DNA of 31,567 nucleotides, taken from the UHGV virus genome UHGV-1390503; one strand, given 5' to 3'. The DNA comes from a virus. The notes under the pieces are model-generated. The model saw nothing but the letters and a program-made list of their open reading frames with translations, searched no databases and had not been told where the DNA came from. A program made the position numbers and the translations under genes. Positions 24,389 through 31,567 of this stretch are shown in pieces; the first letter of the stretch is position 1; each line of letters starts with the position of its first letter.

Positions 24389-24715
24389 ATGCGTAAATTA
24401 GTGTTAGCTCTTGGTTTTATGTCTTTTGCTACTTTTGGGTCTCCGTGTGAACAGGTGTTTAGTGAATCCGTTCTTATGACTTCTGGTGTGCTTGATAAAG
24501 CCGACCCTACTATTGTAAAGGCATTTAAAGACTCTACCGTTCGCGAGTGTGAGGCCGCTGTAGAGGTTGGTAAATCTGGTCTGCCTCCGCAAGCGGTGAC
24601 TTACACCGTGGTGCGTTCCGTAGAGAAAGACGGAGACGCGTTCTACAGCCTGCTAACAGCTACCCGTCTGCAAATGGTGATGACTGGATGGGCGATAGGC
24701 GCGGAAAGTAAATAG
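24389..24715 (+). CDS. Secreted/periplasmic small protein with N-terminal signal peptide
   Basis: 108 aa; MRKLVLALGFMSFATFG followed by a mature part with two Cys; RBS GAGGAA; opposite strand to the surrounding structural genes. Confidence 0.6.
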   Translation: MRKLVLALGFMSFATFGSPCEQVFSESVLMTSGVLDKADPTIVKAFKDSTVRECEAAVEVGKSGLPPQAVTYTVVRSVEKDGDAFYSLLTATRLQMVMTGWAIGAESK

Positions 24716-24780
24716 TTGCCTTTATTTAAAGGAACGCACTGTGGTTAAATAGGACAAATCCTAAACACGAGGAAGTAAGC

Positions 24781-25911
24781 ATGGCCAGGAAGAAAATAAC
24801 CGACGAGCAGTTACAGGAAGAATTGAACGCCGGGATGAAGAATATCGACATTGCCCGTAAATACGGCATCTCAGACCGCGTTATTCGTATACGTAAAGCG
24901 AAACTAGCGAAGAAAGGAGTTGGTCACGGGCGGGACGTCAGCCACCTTGTGCCAGATGGCTACAAGATTAAAGGGACGTCGTCTCTGGTGGACGAGTTCG
25001 GCAACACTAAGTTGCAATGGGTTAAGACTGACACCGATGTCGAACGTCAGGTTGAATTGATGAAAGCCGTAATCGAAGGCATGAAGTCAGAGATTACGCC
25101 CGTCGCACCTGTTAAAGCAGCACGCGCCAAACGCGACGACAAGTTACTCAATCTTTACACGGTATCTGATTTCCATCTCGGTATGCTGGCCTGGGCCGAC
25201 GAGAGCGGCGACGACTGGGATATGAAGATTGCTGAAGACTTGTTCTCCCGTTGGTTCGATGCAGCGTTTCAGAAAGCGCCGGATTCAGGAACTGGGGTTA
25301 TTAACCTGCTGGGTGACCTCGCGCACTTCGACAGTCTGGTTGCTGTTACACCGGCAAGCGGTAATGTTCTTGACGCCGATACCCGCTACCAGAAACTGGT
25401 ACGCTACATGATTCGTATGGTACGTCGTGTTGTCGATATGGCCCTTGTTAAGCATAAAAATGTTCGCTTGCTTATCGTACAAGGGAATCATGACGAAAGC
25501 GGAATGATTTGGTTAGCTGAGATGTTCAGCACGCTATACGACAATGAGCCTCGTGTGTTCGTCGATACTTCGCCAGATGTTTACAAGATGGTGCAACACG
25601 GCAAAACGACGCTGTTCTTCCATCATGGGCATAAAGCGCGCTTCGACGCTATCGAACCAGTTATGATTGCCAAGTTCCGCAAAGCATTCGGCGAGAGCGT
25701 TTATAGCTACGCCCACGTAGGCCACCTGCACCACCAAAAGATTGTAGAAAGCCGTAACATGATTGTTGAGCAACACCGCACCTTAGCGGCCAAAGACGCC
25801 TACGCATCCAGAGGCGGTTGGATGTCGGGCCGTAGTGCAAATGTAATTACTTATAGCGCCGAATACGGCGAGGTCGCACGTTTAACTATTTCACCGGAGA
25901 TGCTGGGATGA
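24781..25911 (+). CDS. Calcineurin-like metallophosphoesterase with N-terminal HTH-like basic domain
   Basis: 376 aa; DFHLG, GDLAHFD, GNHDE, HHGH and GHLHH occur in the order of the metallophosphoesterase signature; the first 50 aa resemble a helix-turn-helix. Confidence 0.7.
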   Translation: MARKKITDEQLQEELNAGMKNIDIARKYGISDRVIRIRKAKLAKKGVGHGRDVSHLVPDGYKIKGTSSLVDEFGNTKLQWVKTDTDVERQVELMKAVIEGMKSEITPVAPVKAARAKRDDKLLNLYTVSDFHLGMLAWADESGDDWDMKIAEDLFSRWFDAAFQKAPDSGTGVINLLGDLAHFDSLVAVTPASGNVLDADTRYQKLVRYMIRMVRRVVDMALVKHKNVRLLIVQGNHDESGMIWLAEMFSTLYDNEPRVFVDTSPDVYKMVQHGKTTLFFHHGHKARFDAIEPVMIAKFRKAFGESVYSYAHVGHLHHQKIVESRNMIVEQHRTLAAKDAYASRGGWMSGRSANVITYSAEYGEVARLTISPEMLG

Positions 25912-26138
25912 CTTCAAAATACAACCGCACAATGACAAATACTCACGGCAGCACAATGACAGTAGACGTTTATGATGTGCTACGCGCCTTCGACATCCGC
26001 GACCCTGCACTACAGCACGCATTGAAGAAGCTGCTGTGTATGGGTCTTCGTGGGCACAAGGACACCGGAACCGACTTAGCGGAAGCAATTGAAAGTCTGG
26101 AGAAGTTACGGGAGTATAGAAGCAATATTGATGAGTGA
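25908..26138 (+). CDS. Small phage protein (possibly DUF3310-like, from weak memory)
   Basis: 76 aa; ATGA-coupled; the LQHALKKLLCMGLRGHKDTGTDLAEAIESL segment. Confidence 0.45.
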   Translation: MTSKYNRTMTNTHGSTMTVDVYDVLRAFDIRDPALQHALKKLLCMGLRGHKDTGTDLAEAIESLEKLREYRSNIDE

Positions 26139-26142
26139 GAAA

Positions 26143-26166
26143 AAGGCCCCTTCCGGGGCCTTAGTT
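26143..26166. terminator. Bidirectional rho-independent terminator
   Basis: AAGGCCCC-TTCC-GGGGCCTT with TTTTT on the minus strand; near-identical to the terminator at 15207-15226. Confidence 0.7.
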
Positions 26167-27333
26167 TTATGCGTAGGTGATACGCTGGATAACGATAGAC
26201 GACTGGTACTGGTTGCCTGTAGCCTGTCCTTCTATGCTCTGAGTGATTGACTCAGGTCCGCCAATCTCAGGTGTAACCGCCGTGAGTTCCGCACGTTTCA
26301 GGCTGAAAGACATAGCCCCGTTTACCCCCGCCAGAATAGAGTTAATCTCTACCTGCTGTTCGTTGATAAACTTCTGAATCATAGCCATGTCGTACAGCTT
26401 ACCGGAGATGGAGAAGGTGTTAGCTGCGCGGCCTCGCTCCACGAACGCGACGCTACTGTTGCCTAGCTCGAACTGTGCGGACGCACCGTTGTCGTTGGTG
26501 ATAGTTAGAGTATCGCAACGCAACGGCGTAGAACCGTCGAACACAGACACATCTACAGACGAGAACGGCTCATCGGTGAACGTCACCTGGGAGAAATCAG
26601 AGCCAGACGGCGGGGTGGTAAGAATCTCCTGACTCAGACCAATGAACGGGAAGCTACCAGTCACCATCGCGTTTACAGCCTGTTCAATGGTGAAACCGGA
26701 GATTTCCACGCCTTTGGTCAACATGTACGCGTCCGGGTTCCCGCACTGGCCTTTGAACCATGTCAGAATGGAGAACGTCTTACACGCGTTACCGGTTTCC
26801 AGCTTGTCGCCAGTTTTAGCGTCGGTGGTTACAGTCTCTGCGGTCAGCGTGTGCTGAATGCCCGCGCCCGTTACTACCAGAGCGGAAGCCGCGGTAACGA
26901 TAAACGGTTTTGCGTTGTCGCCGGTTAAGTCGGTGAACGCAATCAGGTCGCCAACTTCTACACCGTCAGTAATGAAGCTACCGGCAGCGCGGGTGAATGT
27001 TTTACCTGCTGGGGCGACCGTAATTTCGGCACCCGTAATCTCTACCCCTGCTTGCCACGTAGAAGTCATCGCGCCAGCAAGGAAATCATCCTGACTACGG
27101 GAGCTAAGTTCGATGGCGTACTCCCCGCTAACCTGTTTGTTACCGGTGCGGATAGACGTAGTTTCACGGCTGCCGTCAAGTTCGTTGGAAGTAAGCGCAT
27201 CGCGGGTTACCGCTGGAACACCGCCGGTATTACGCAACGGCGACCAGACCGGGTTAGTAGGTGTTACGCCCGGGGTAGTTTCCGCCACATAGAATTGCGC
27301 GGTATTCGCGCCCTTAAAAGGAGTTGTAGCCAT
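26167..27333 (-). CDS. Major tail (tube) protein
   Basis: The track ORF starts at GTG 27339; ATG 27333 has AAGAGG upstream. About 388 aa, Thr/Gly/Ser-rich and beta-rich, placed after the tail-completion genes and ending at a strong terminator. Confidence 0.55.
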   Translation of the reverse strand: MATTPFKGANTAQFYVAETTPGVTPTNPVWSPLRNTGGVPAVTRDALTSNELDGSRETTSIRTGNKQVSGEYAIELSSRSQDDFLAGAMTSTWQAGVEITGAEITVAPAGKTFTRAAGSFITDGVEVGDLIAFTDLTGDNAKPFIVTAASALVVTGAGIQHTLTAETVTTDAKTGDKLETGNACKTFSILTWFKGQCGNPDAYMLTKGVEISGFTIEQAVNAMVTGSFPFIGLSQEILTTPPSGSDFSQVTFTDEPFSSVDVSVFDGSTPLRCDTLTITNDNGASAQFELGNSSVAFVERGRAANTFSISGKLYDMAMIQKFINEQQVEINSILAGVNGAMSFSLKRAELTAVTPEIGGPESITQSIEGQATGNQYQSSIVIQRITYA

Positions 27334-27335
27334 AT

Positions 27336-27752
27336 TCACAGCCTCTTGGTGAATGCAATAAAGTTAATTGACAATGGTCGTTTGGCCCATCCGTTTTCTA
27401 CAATCAGCGGCCCCAGGCTAACCGATTGAACCTCGGCGCAGATGTCGTTACGCGAAAATGACTTACCTGCTTTAAACGCCGTGTTAAGTAAGTCTGCCAT
27501 TTTATTGATTGGCGCGCTACCTTTCACCGACGCGTAGTTAATGTCGACCTGATAAATACCAGAGCGTTGTTCCGTGAAGAACAAATCTGCCTGTTCCGTA
27601 TCAGCCAGCAACATGTAACTTGCCAGATATGGCGTATCTGTTGACGTCGGTGCATCGATATTTTCAAGCGCTACCCTGATGCCGTTGGTGGTCCCGAAGG
27701 CTACCAGCGGCACATCGAACGCTTTTGTTAAGTCCTCAAAGTAGCCCATCAT
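27336..27752 (-). CDS. Tail terminator/completion protein (lambda gpU-like position)
   Basis: 138 aa ORF, ATGA-coupled. Confidence 0.45.
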   Translation of the reverse strand: MMGYFEDLTKAFDVPLVAFGTTNGIRVALENIDAPTSTDTPYLASYMLLADTEQADLFFTEQRSGIYQVDINYASVKGSAPINKMADLLNTAFKAGKSFSRNDICAEVQSVSLGPLIVENGWAKRPLSINFIAFTKRL

Positions 27753-28144
27753 TTCACCTTGTTGGCTTCTTCGCTAATGAGTTGCTGGAAGCGAGACACG
27801 TTAGTCCTGACCATGCCTTGTGGCGATTGTTGTGACCAACCGTACTCCAACCGCTGTATATATGGCAGGTTGTTAGTAAGTGTGAACTCGCTCCAGTCTG
27901 TAGCGGTATTTATAACCGCGGTAGCGCGCTGGATAGTAGCGGTTCCTTGCGGTGCGCCGTAGGTGGTGGTCTCCCGCGACGGAGTGCTGCCCGACGCAAA
28001 CCAGTTATTTCTCGCACGACCGGTATCGACTGGCGTTGCCTTTATGATAGCGGAAAACAGCTTGATAGACACCTGACGCATCACCTTCTCAGGGTTCTTC
28101 TTCGCCTTTTCCACGAACTTAGAGACATCAAGCGCGAAACTCAT
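27749..28144 (-). CDS. HK97 gp10-family tail completion protein
   Basis: 131 aa; the N-terminal pattern with ...KATPVDTGRARNNW... resembles the gp10 family as recalled. Confidence 0.5.
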   Translation of the reverse strand: MSFALDVSKFVEKAKKNPEKVMRQVSIKLFSAIIKATPVDTGRARNNWFASGSTPSRETTTYGAPQGTATIQRATAVINTATDWSEFTLTNNLPYIQRLEYGWSQQSPQGMVRTNVSRFQQLISEEANKVK

Positions 28145-28500
28145 TTTCTCACCTGAATAAAGTAGGTCACGGCGTCATCGTTAACCATCTTCTTCTCTAT
28201 GGCTACGACAGACCATTGCTCGCCTCCGAATTGCACCTTGTCTTCCATCTTAGGGACGACACTGCAATCGGCTTTAACAATCATGTCGCCCGCCTGAATC
28301 GTCGTACCGTTTACCAGTCCCGCGTTTACCGGAACCGGAACCGTCTTTAACGGCAACACTTCATCCGCAGACCAGACGTACTCACCGAGAACTTCATCCC
28401 ACACTTTCGAGCCAGCGCGAACCAGAGATACCGTGCTACCAAATTTAGTTAACAGGCGTGTACCAACGCCTTGCATACGTTTACTGAAAGCGGTGCCCAT
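28141..28500 (-). CDS. Head-tail joining (head closure-like) protein
   Basis: The track ORF is 28141..28554; the in-frame ATG at 28500 overlaps the upstream stop (TAATG). Confidence 0.4.
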   Translation of the reverse strand: MGTAFSKRMQGVGTRLLTKFGSTVSLVRAGSKVWDEVLGEYVWSADEVLPLKTVPVPVNAGLVNGTTIQAGDMIVKADCSVVPKMEDKVQFGGEQWSVVAIEKKMVNDDAVTYFIQVRK

Positions 28501-29114
28501 TACGCAGCCTCCAGTCTCGAGATAACCAGTAACGCTGATGGCGCTGTGCCCCATGCGGTTACAGTAGCCGCTTGCGGGTATACGCCACCATAGTTGCTTC
28601 CGGAGCTATCTCGCATAATCTGAACGGCAAACGTCTGGCCTGCTGTCGGGTTAATAACGACGCGGGATTCAATCGGAATCGTTACGTCGGCGCTGACCAG
28701 TTTAGTAGCTGCGGGGGAGCCGTACTGAGCGCCGTTAAGGAGAATGCGTGATAAAAGGATTGATGTACCACTCGCCCCTGTACGCCCCGCCTGTAACTTG
28801 ATGCGAACGGCGTAGTTACCCGCGGTGTTGAATGTAACAAGCCCTGCAGCATTAATCATTACCGGGTCAGATGCACTTCCCTGAGCGGAGCCGAAAGTTA
28901 ACTGCAGTGCGGTATCTACAGCGGTAGGCGCTTGTATTACGGTAGACACAGCGCGGAGGACTTCAACCTCTTTCACGCCTGACGCAGCGTAAAGCATGGA
29001 GTCCGCTAACTGTGTGTTTACCTCGCGCAACAACTCAGGCGTTATAGCGCCGGTTGTATTATCCGCGAGATTTGTCCCGATAAGGGCGAACATCTCTGTT
29101 TTAGTCTTCGCCAT
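28500..29114 (-). CDS. Hypothetical structural protein
   Basis: 204 aa ORF with ATG. Confidence 0.45.
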   Translation of the reverse strand: MAKTKTEMFALIGTNLADNTTGAITPELLREVNTQLADSMLYAASGVKEVEVLRAVSTVIQAPTAVDTALQLTFGSAQGSASDPVMINAAGLVTFNTAGNYAVRIKLQAGRTGASGTSILLSRILLNGAQYGSPAATKLVSADVTIPIESRVVINPTAGQTFAVQIMRDSSGSNYGGVYPQAATVTAWGTAPSALLVISRLEAA

Positions 29115-29116
29115 TT

Positions 29117-29629
29117 TTAACCCCGGTACACGTTAAACGAGAAGCCATTGTTAAGACCGCCGCACAGTAACGGGCGTAAGGCGTCGTCCGCAGCGGTAAT
29201 CGCGGTTGTAGCGCCACTGCTGCCGTTGTTGAAGTAGGTCACTGTTACGGCTCCCTCGACACGCTCAGTCTGCACGGCGCGACCATCTGAGTTAGCCCGC
29301 ACCTCAGTACCTGCGCCATACGTAACGGCGGCGATTACCTGCGCAAGAATTACCTGTTTCGGAATAACATTATCCGCTACCGGGAATCCGTTTAACGTTA
29401 CCCCCGTGCGAGGGTACGCCAGTGACTGTTCAGCGGATACACGACGACCGCACATCTGCGGTTCTGCAAGCCCGACATAAGTAGCACCGTTGCGCAGAGC
29501 TACTTCCGCGGCAGTATCGTCTGCTGGCAACTCCAGACCATAATTAGCCGCTAACGCGCGGGCGTCAGCCAGACTAATGTAACTGTCGGCATTCGGGACG
29601 ATTGCCCCCGTTTCCACGATTAGCGGCAT
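29117..29629 (-). CDS. Putative head-tail connector/adaptor protein
   Basis: 170 aa; RBS GAGGAA; called mainly from position. Confidence 0.4.
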   Translation of the reverse strand: MPLIVETGAIVPNADSYISLADARALAANYGLELPADDTAAEVALRNGATYVGLAEPQMCGRRVSAEQSLAYPRTGVTLNGFPVADNVIPKQVILAQVIAAVTYGAGTEVRANSDGRAVQTERVEGAVTVTYFNNGSSGATTAITAADDALRPLLCGGLNNGFSFNVYRG

Positions 29630-29632
29630 AAA

Positions 29633-29812
29633 TTATTCCTCTGACTTACGGCGACGGCGCTTAGCACCACCGCCGTTGTTGTGCGCTTCTTCGTTGTCCG
29701 GTTGGGTTGCAACCAGTTCATCCGCTTCTACAACACCGCGAACAGGCATCACCTGACCGTCAACAACATCAACGTGGGTGTACTTTTCACGGATTACGTA
29801 ATTATCTGCCAT
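29633..29812 (-). CDS. Small protein (59 aa) with basic C-terminus, below the track cut-off
   Basis: MADNYVIREKYTHVDVVDGQVMPVRGVVEADELVATQPDNEEAHNNGGGAKRRRRKSEE; RBS AAGGAAAGG. Confidence 0.4.
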   Translation of the reverse strand: MADNYVIREKYTHVDVVDGQVMPVRGVVEADELVATQPDNEEAHNNGGGAKRRRRKSEE

Positions 29813-29828
29813 GACCTTTCCTTATTAC

Positions 29829-29844
29829 GGCCCCGAAGGGCCGT
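29829..29844. other. Intergenic GC hairpin CGGCCC-CGAA-GGGCCG
   Basis: Read directly; lies between the decoration-like gene and the small ORF; no T-run follows. Confidence 0.4.
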
Positions 29845-29848
29845 TGTA

Positions 29849-30196
29849 TTAAGACACAGTTGCTACGGTGCTACTGGAGATAATATTACCATACACATCG
29901 TGAACAACCACTTTATACGTGCCTGAATCTGCGGTAGTGGTTGACGCCTTCGCATAGGAAGCAGCGTTTGCGCCAGCGATAGCGTTGTTATCTTTGTACC
30001 ACTGGTAGGAATACGGCTCCAGACCGCCAGTTACCACTACGGTAAGAGTCATAGTCTGCCCCGCCGTAACTGCGGTGGTAGCCGCGAGTGCGGTGGAGAA
30101 AGACGCAGGAGAAATATTCTCCATGTCAATTTCAAACTGGCCATCGGAGTCTTCATCAGAAACACCGGTAATACGACGTTTAATTACATCAACCAT
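29849..30196 (-). CDS. Ig-like domain protein (possible head decoration protein)
   Basis: 115 aa; the PYSYQWYKDNNAIAGANAASY...ADSGTYKVVVHDVYGN segment matches the bacterial Ig-like (Big_2/I-set-like) pattern. Confidence 0.55.
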   Translation of the reverse strand: MVDVIKRRITGVSDEDSDGQFEIDMENISPASFSTALAATTAVTAGQTMTLTVVVTGGLEPYSYQWYKDNNAIAGANAASYAKASTTTADSGTYKVVVHDVYGNIISSSTVATVS

Positions 30197-30208
30197 TTTT
30201 AAGCTCCT

Positions 30209-30508
30209 TTAGCTTACGGTTCCTGCGTTTTTAAGCGCAGTCAACAGATCTGCTACGGTAGTGCGCAGCGCGGTAACATCAGTTCGGAGTTTGTTGTACT
30301 CCGCTACAAGAGCATCGAACTCGGTCTTAGTCGGGGCATCAGCGGACTGCGCTCCTTCGCCAGCGGTAATGGCCGCGGGGGCGGCTACAGTAGCTGACTT
30401 TTTAACTCCACCAACTACGCTGGTAGTAGCTGGCGTCACTGGGATATCAAAGTCGCCGAAGTCGACATTCTGAAGGCTGCGCGGCAAGCCTTTTCCGGTC
30501 TTAGCCAT
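30209..30508 (-). CDS. Hypothetical head-associated protein
   Basis: 99 aa; RBS AAGAGG; C-terminal coiled-coil-like region. Confidence 0.45.
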   Translation of the reverse strand: MAKTGKGLPRSLQNVDFGDFDIPVTPATTSVVGGVKKSATVAAPAAITAGEGAQSADAPTKTEFDALVAEYNKLRTDVTALRTTVADLLTALKNAGTVS

Positions 30509-30525
30509 AATTTACCTCTTAGTAA

Positions 30526-30552
30526 ATGAAAAGAGGGACCGAAGTCCCTCTC
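30526..30552 (-). terminator. Terminator/attenuator after the major capsid gene
   Basis: GAGGGAC-CGAA-GTCCCTC followed on the minus strand by TTTTCAT. Confidence 0.55.
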
Positions 30553-30567
30553 GATTATATCTTAACC

Positions 30568-31557
30568 TTAAGCCCCGACACCAGTTACCAGGAAGGCGAT
30601 TGGTACGTGCTTACGGTCGACCACACGGTTCCAGTTGGAGGCGTTCGCCAGGTCCTGCCAGGAAGCAGAACGTGCAACAGTCTCGGTGCCGTTGCCGGTG
30701 ATTACCGCGCTGGTGAAGCTGTAGCCTAGTGGGTGCAGCAGCCAGGTCTTACGAGTCCACAGGGTTTCGACACCGCCGCCGTTCCCGCGGGATGCTTCGC
30801 GCTCGTATTCCAGCGGGTTAGACGGGTTGCCTTCGCCGTAACCGATAGCGCCGTTACCGAAGATGATGGAGATGAACTTACGGCTGCCGCCGGTACCGAC
30901 TACGGTCATGCTGTCGTCAACAATCACACGGTAACCCTGGTAGGTGGCGAACAGGGTGTCGTTGTCGGCGTCTTTGATGAAGTCAATAAGCTGCTGCTTA
31001 CGCGCCTGCGCATAAACGAAGCTGTGCATCGCGATAGCGCCCAGCACTTCGCCACCGTTACCCATCAGAGCATCGCCCATAGTCTGAGTGGCGTCGATGA
31101 ACGCGCCTGCGTCGAAGCCAAGCGTAGCGGACACGTCGATAACCATATCGTTCTGCGTATGGTAAGCATCGGTAGCGGCTACGTTGTCGTTGTACAGACC
31201 GAGCGCGGTAGCAATCAGACGGCGTTGCGCCTGGCGCTGCCAGAAGTTATCCAGACGAGAAGCCACGGATTGCAGCGGATTCTGACTGGTCAGTTCGACA
31301 GTCAGGTCAGCCTGGCCAAAACCTTCGTTCAGGTAGGCAACGCGCGCCATCATCTCACCAGTCTGCACATTACGAGGGGTTGCGATGTCCTGGTACACGT
31401 CATTCGAGTAGTTCGGCTCGATAGACGTATCAATCGCTTTCCAGAAAGGGATGTTGGCGGTGTTGGACGGACCGCGAGCAATCTCTGCGGCGTACGGAGT
31501 CGGGGTCAGAATACCGGACTGGAAGAACGCGGTTTTTTCCACCGGGTCCTCGGTCAT
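30568..31557 (-). CDS. Major capsid protein (putative)
   Basis: 329 aa ORF with ATG at 31557-31555; size and composition fit a capsid protein; followed by an attenuator hairpin and then decoration-like genes. Confidence 0.55.
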   Translation of the reverse strand: MTEDPVEKTAFFQSGILTPTPYAAEIARGPSNTANIPFWKAIDTSIEPNYSNDVYQDIATPRNVQTGEMMARVAYLNEGFGQADLTVELTSQNPLQSVASRLDNFWQRQAQRRLIATALGLYNDNVAATDAYHTQNDMVIDVSATLGFDAGAFIDATQTMGDALMGNGGEVLGAIAMHSFVYAQARKQQLIDFIKDADNDTLFATYQGYRVIVDDSMTVVGTGGSRKFISIIFGNGAIGYGEGNPSNPLEYEREASRGNGGGVETLWTRKTWLLHPLGYSFTSAVITGNGTETVARSASWQDLANASNWNRVVDRKHVPIAFLVTGVGA

Positions 31558-31567
31558 ATAAGACGCC

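Noticed and set aside
1-31567. Searched for CRISPR arrays, an integrase with attachment site, and a lysis cassette
   Set aside because: No regularly spaced direct repeats, no tyrosine or serine recombinase motifs, and no endolysin-like ORF were seen; these probably lie outside the window or are absent.

Overview
The window reads as a contiguous piece of a tailed-phage genome (siphovirus-like, lambda-type tail gene order, about 50% GC), with no rRNA, tRNA, CRISPR array or integrase found. Layout: (i) 1-1100, a leftward operon of small proteins including two tandem DUF551-like paralogs; (ii) 1100-1594, a long structured non-coding region; (iii) 1595-15202, a rightward early/replication module: small HTH regulators, primase/helicase, a divergently oriented XRE-type regulator, an acidic early protein, a PD-(D/E)XK nuclease with Cys cluster, an SSB-like protein, family A DNA polymerase, VRR-NUC nuclease, a C5-cytosine methyltransferase and a DEAD/SNF2-like helicase; (iv) 15235-31557, a leftward structural module (major capsid through tail fibre/depolymerase) interrupted at 24389-26138 by a rightward three-gene island. 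Main things worth a second look: the island (secreted protein, HTH-metallophosphoesterase fusion, small protein); a methyltransferase whose conserved motifs are spread over three reading frames, with a T8 tract at the first junction; a six-copy palindromic operator-like motif inside sigma70-like promoters; and a likely -1 frameshift between the tail chaperone ORFs. All calls rest on reading the sequence and recalled family motifs; no database search was run. The ORF track uses GTG/TTG as well as ATG starts, so several starts were moved to an in-frame ATG with a Shine-Dalgarno.
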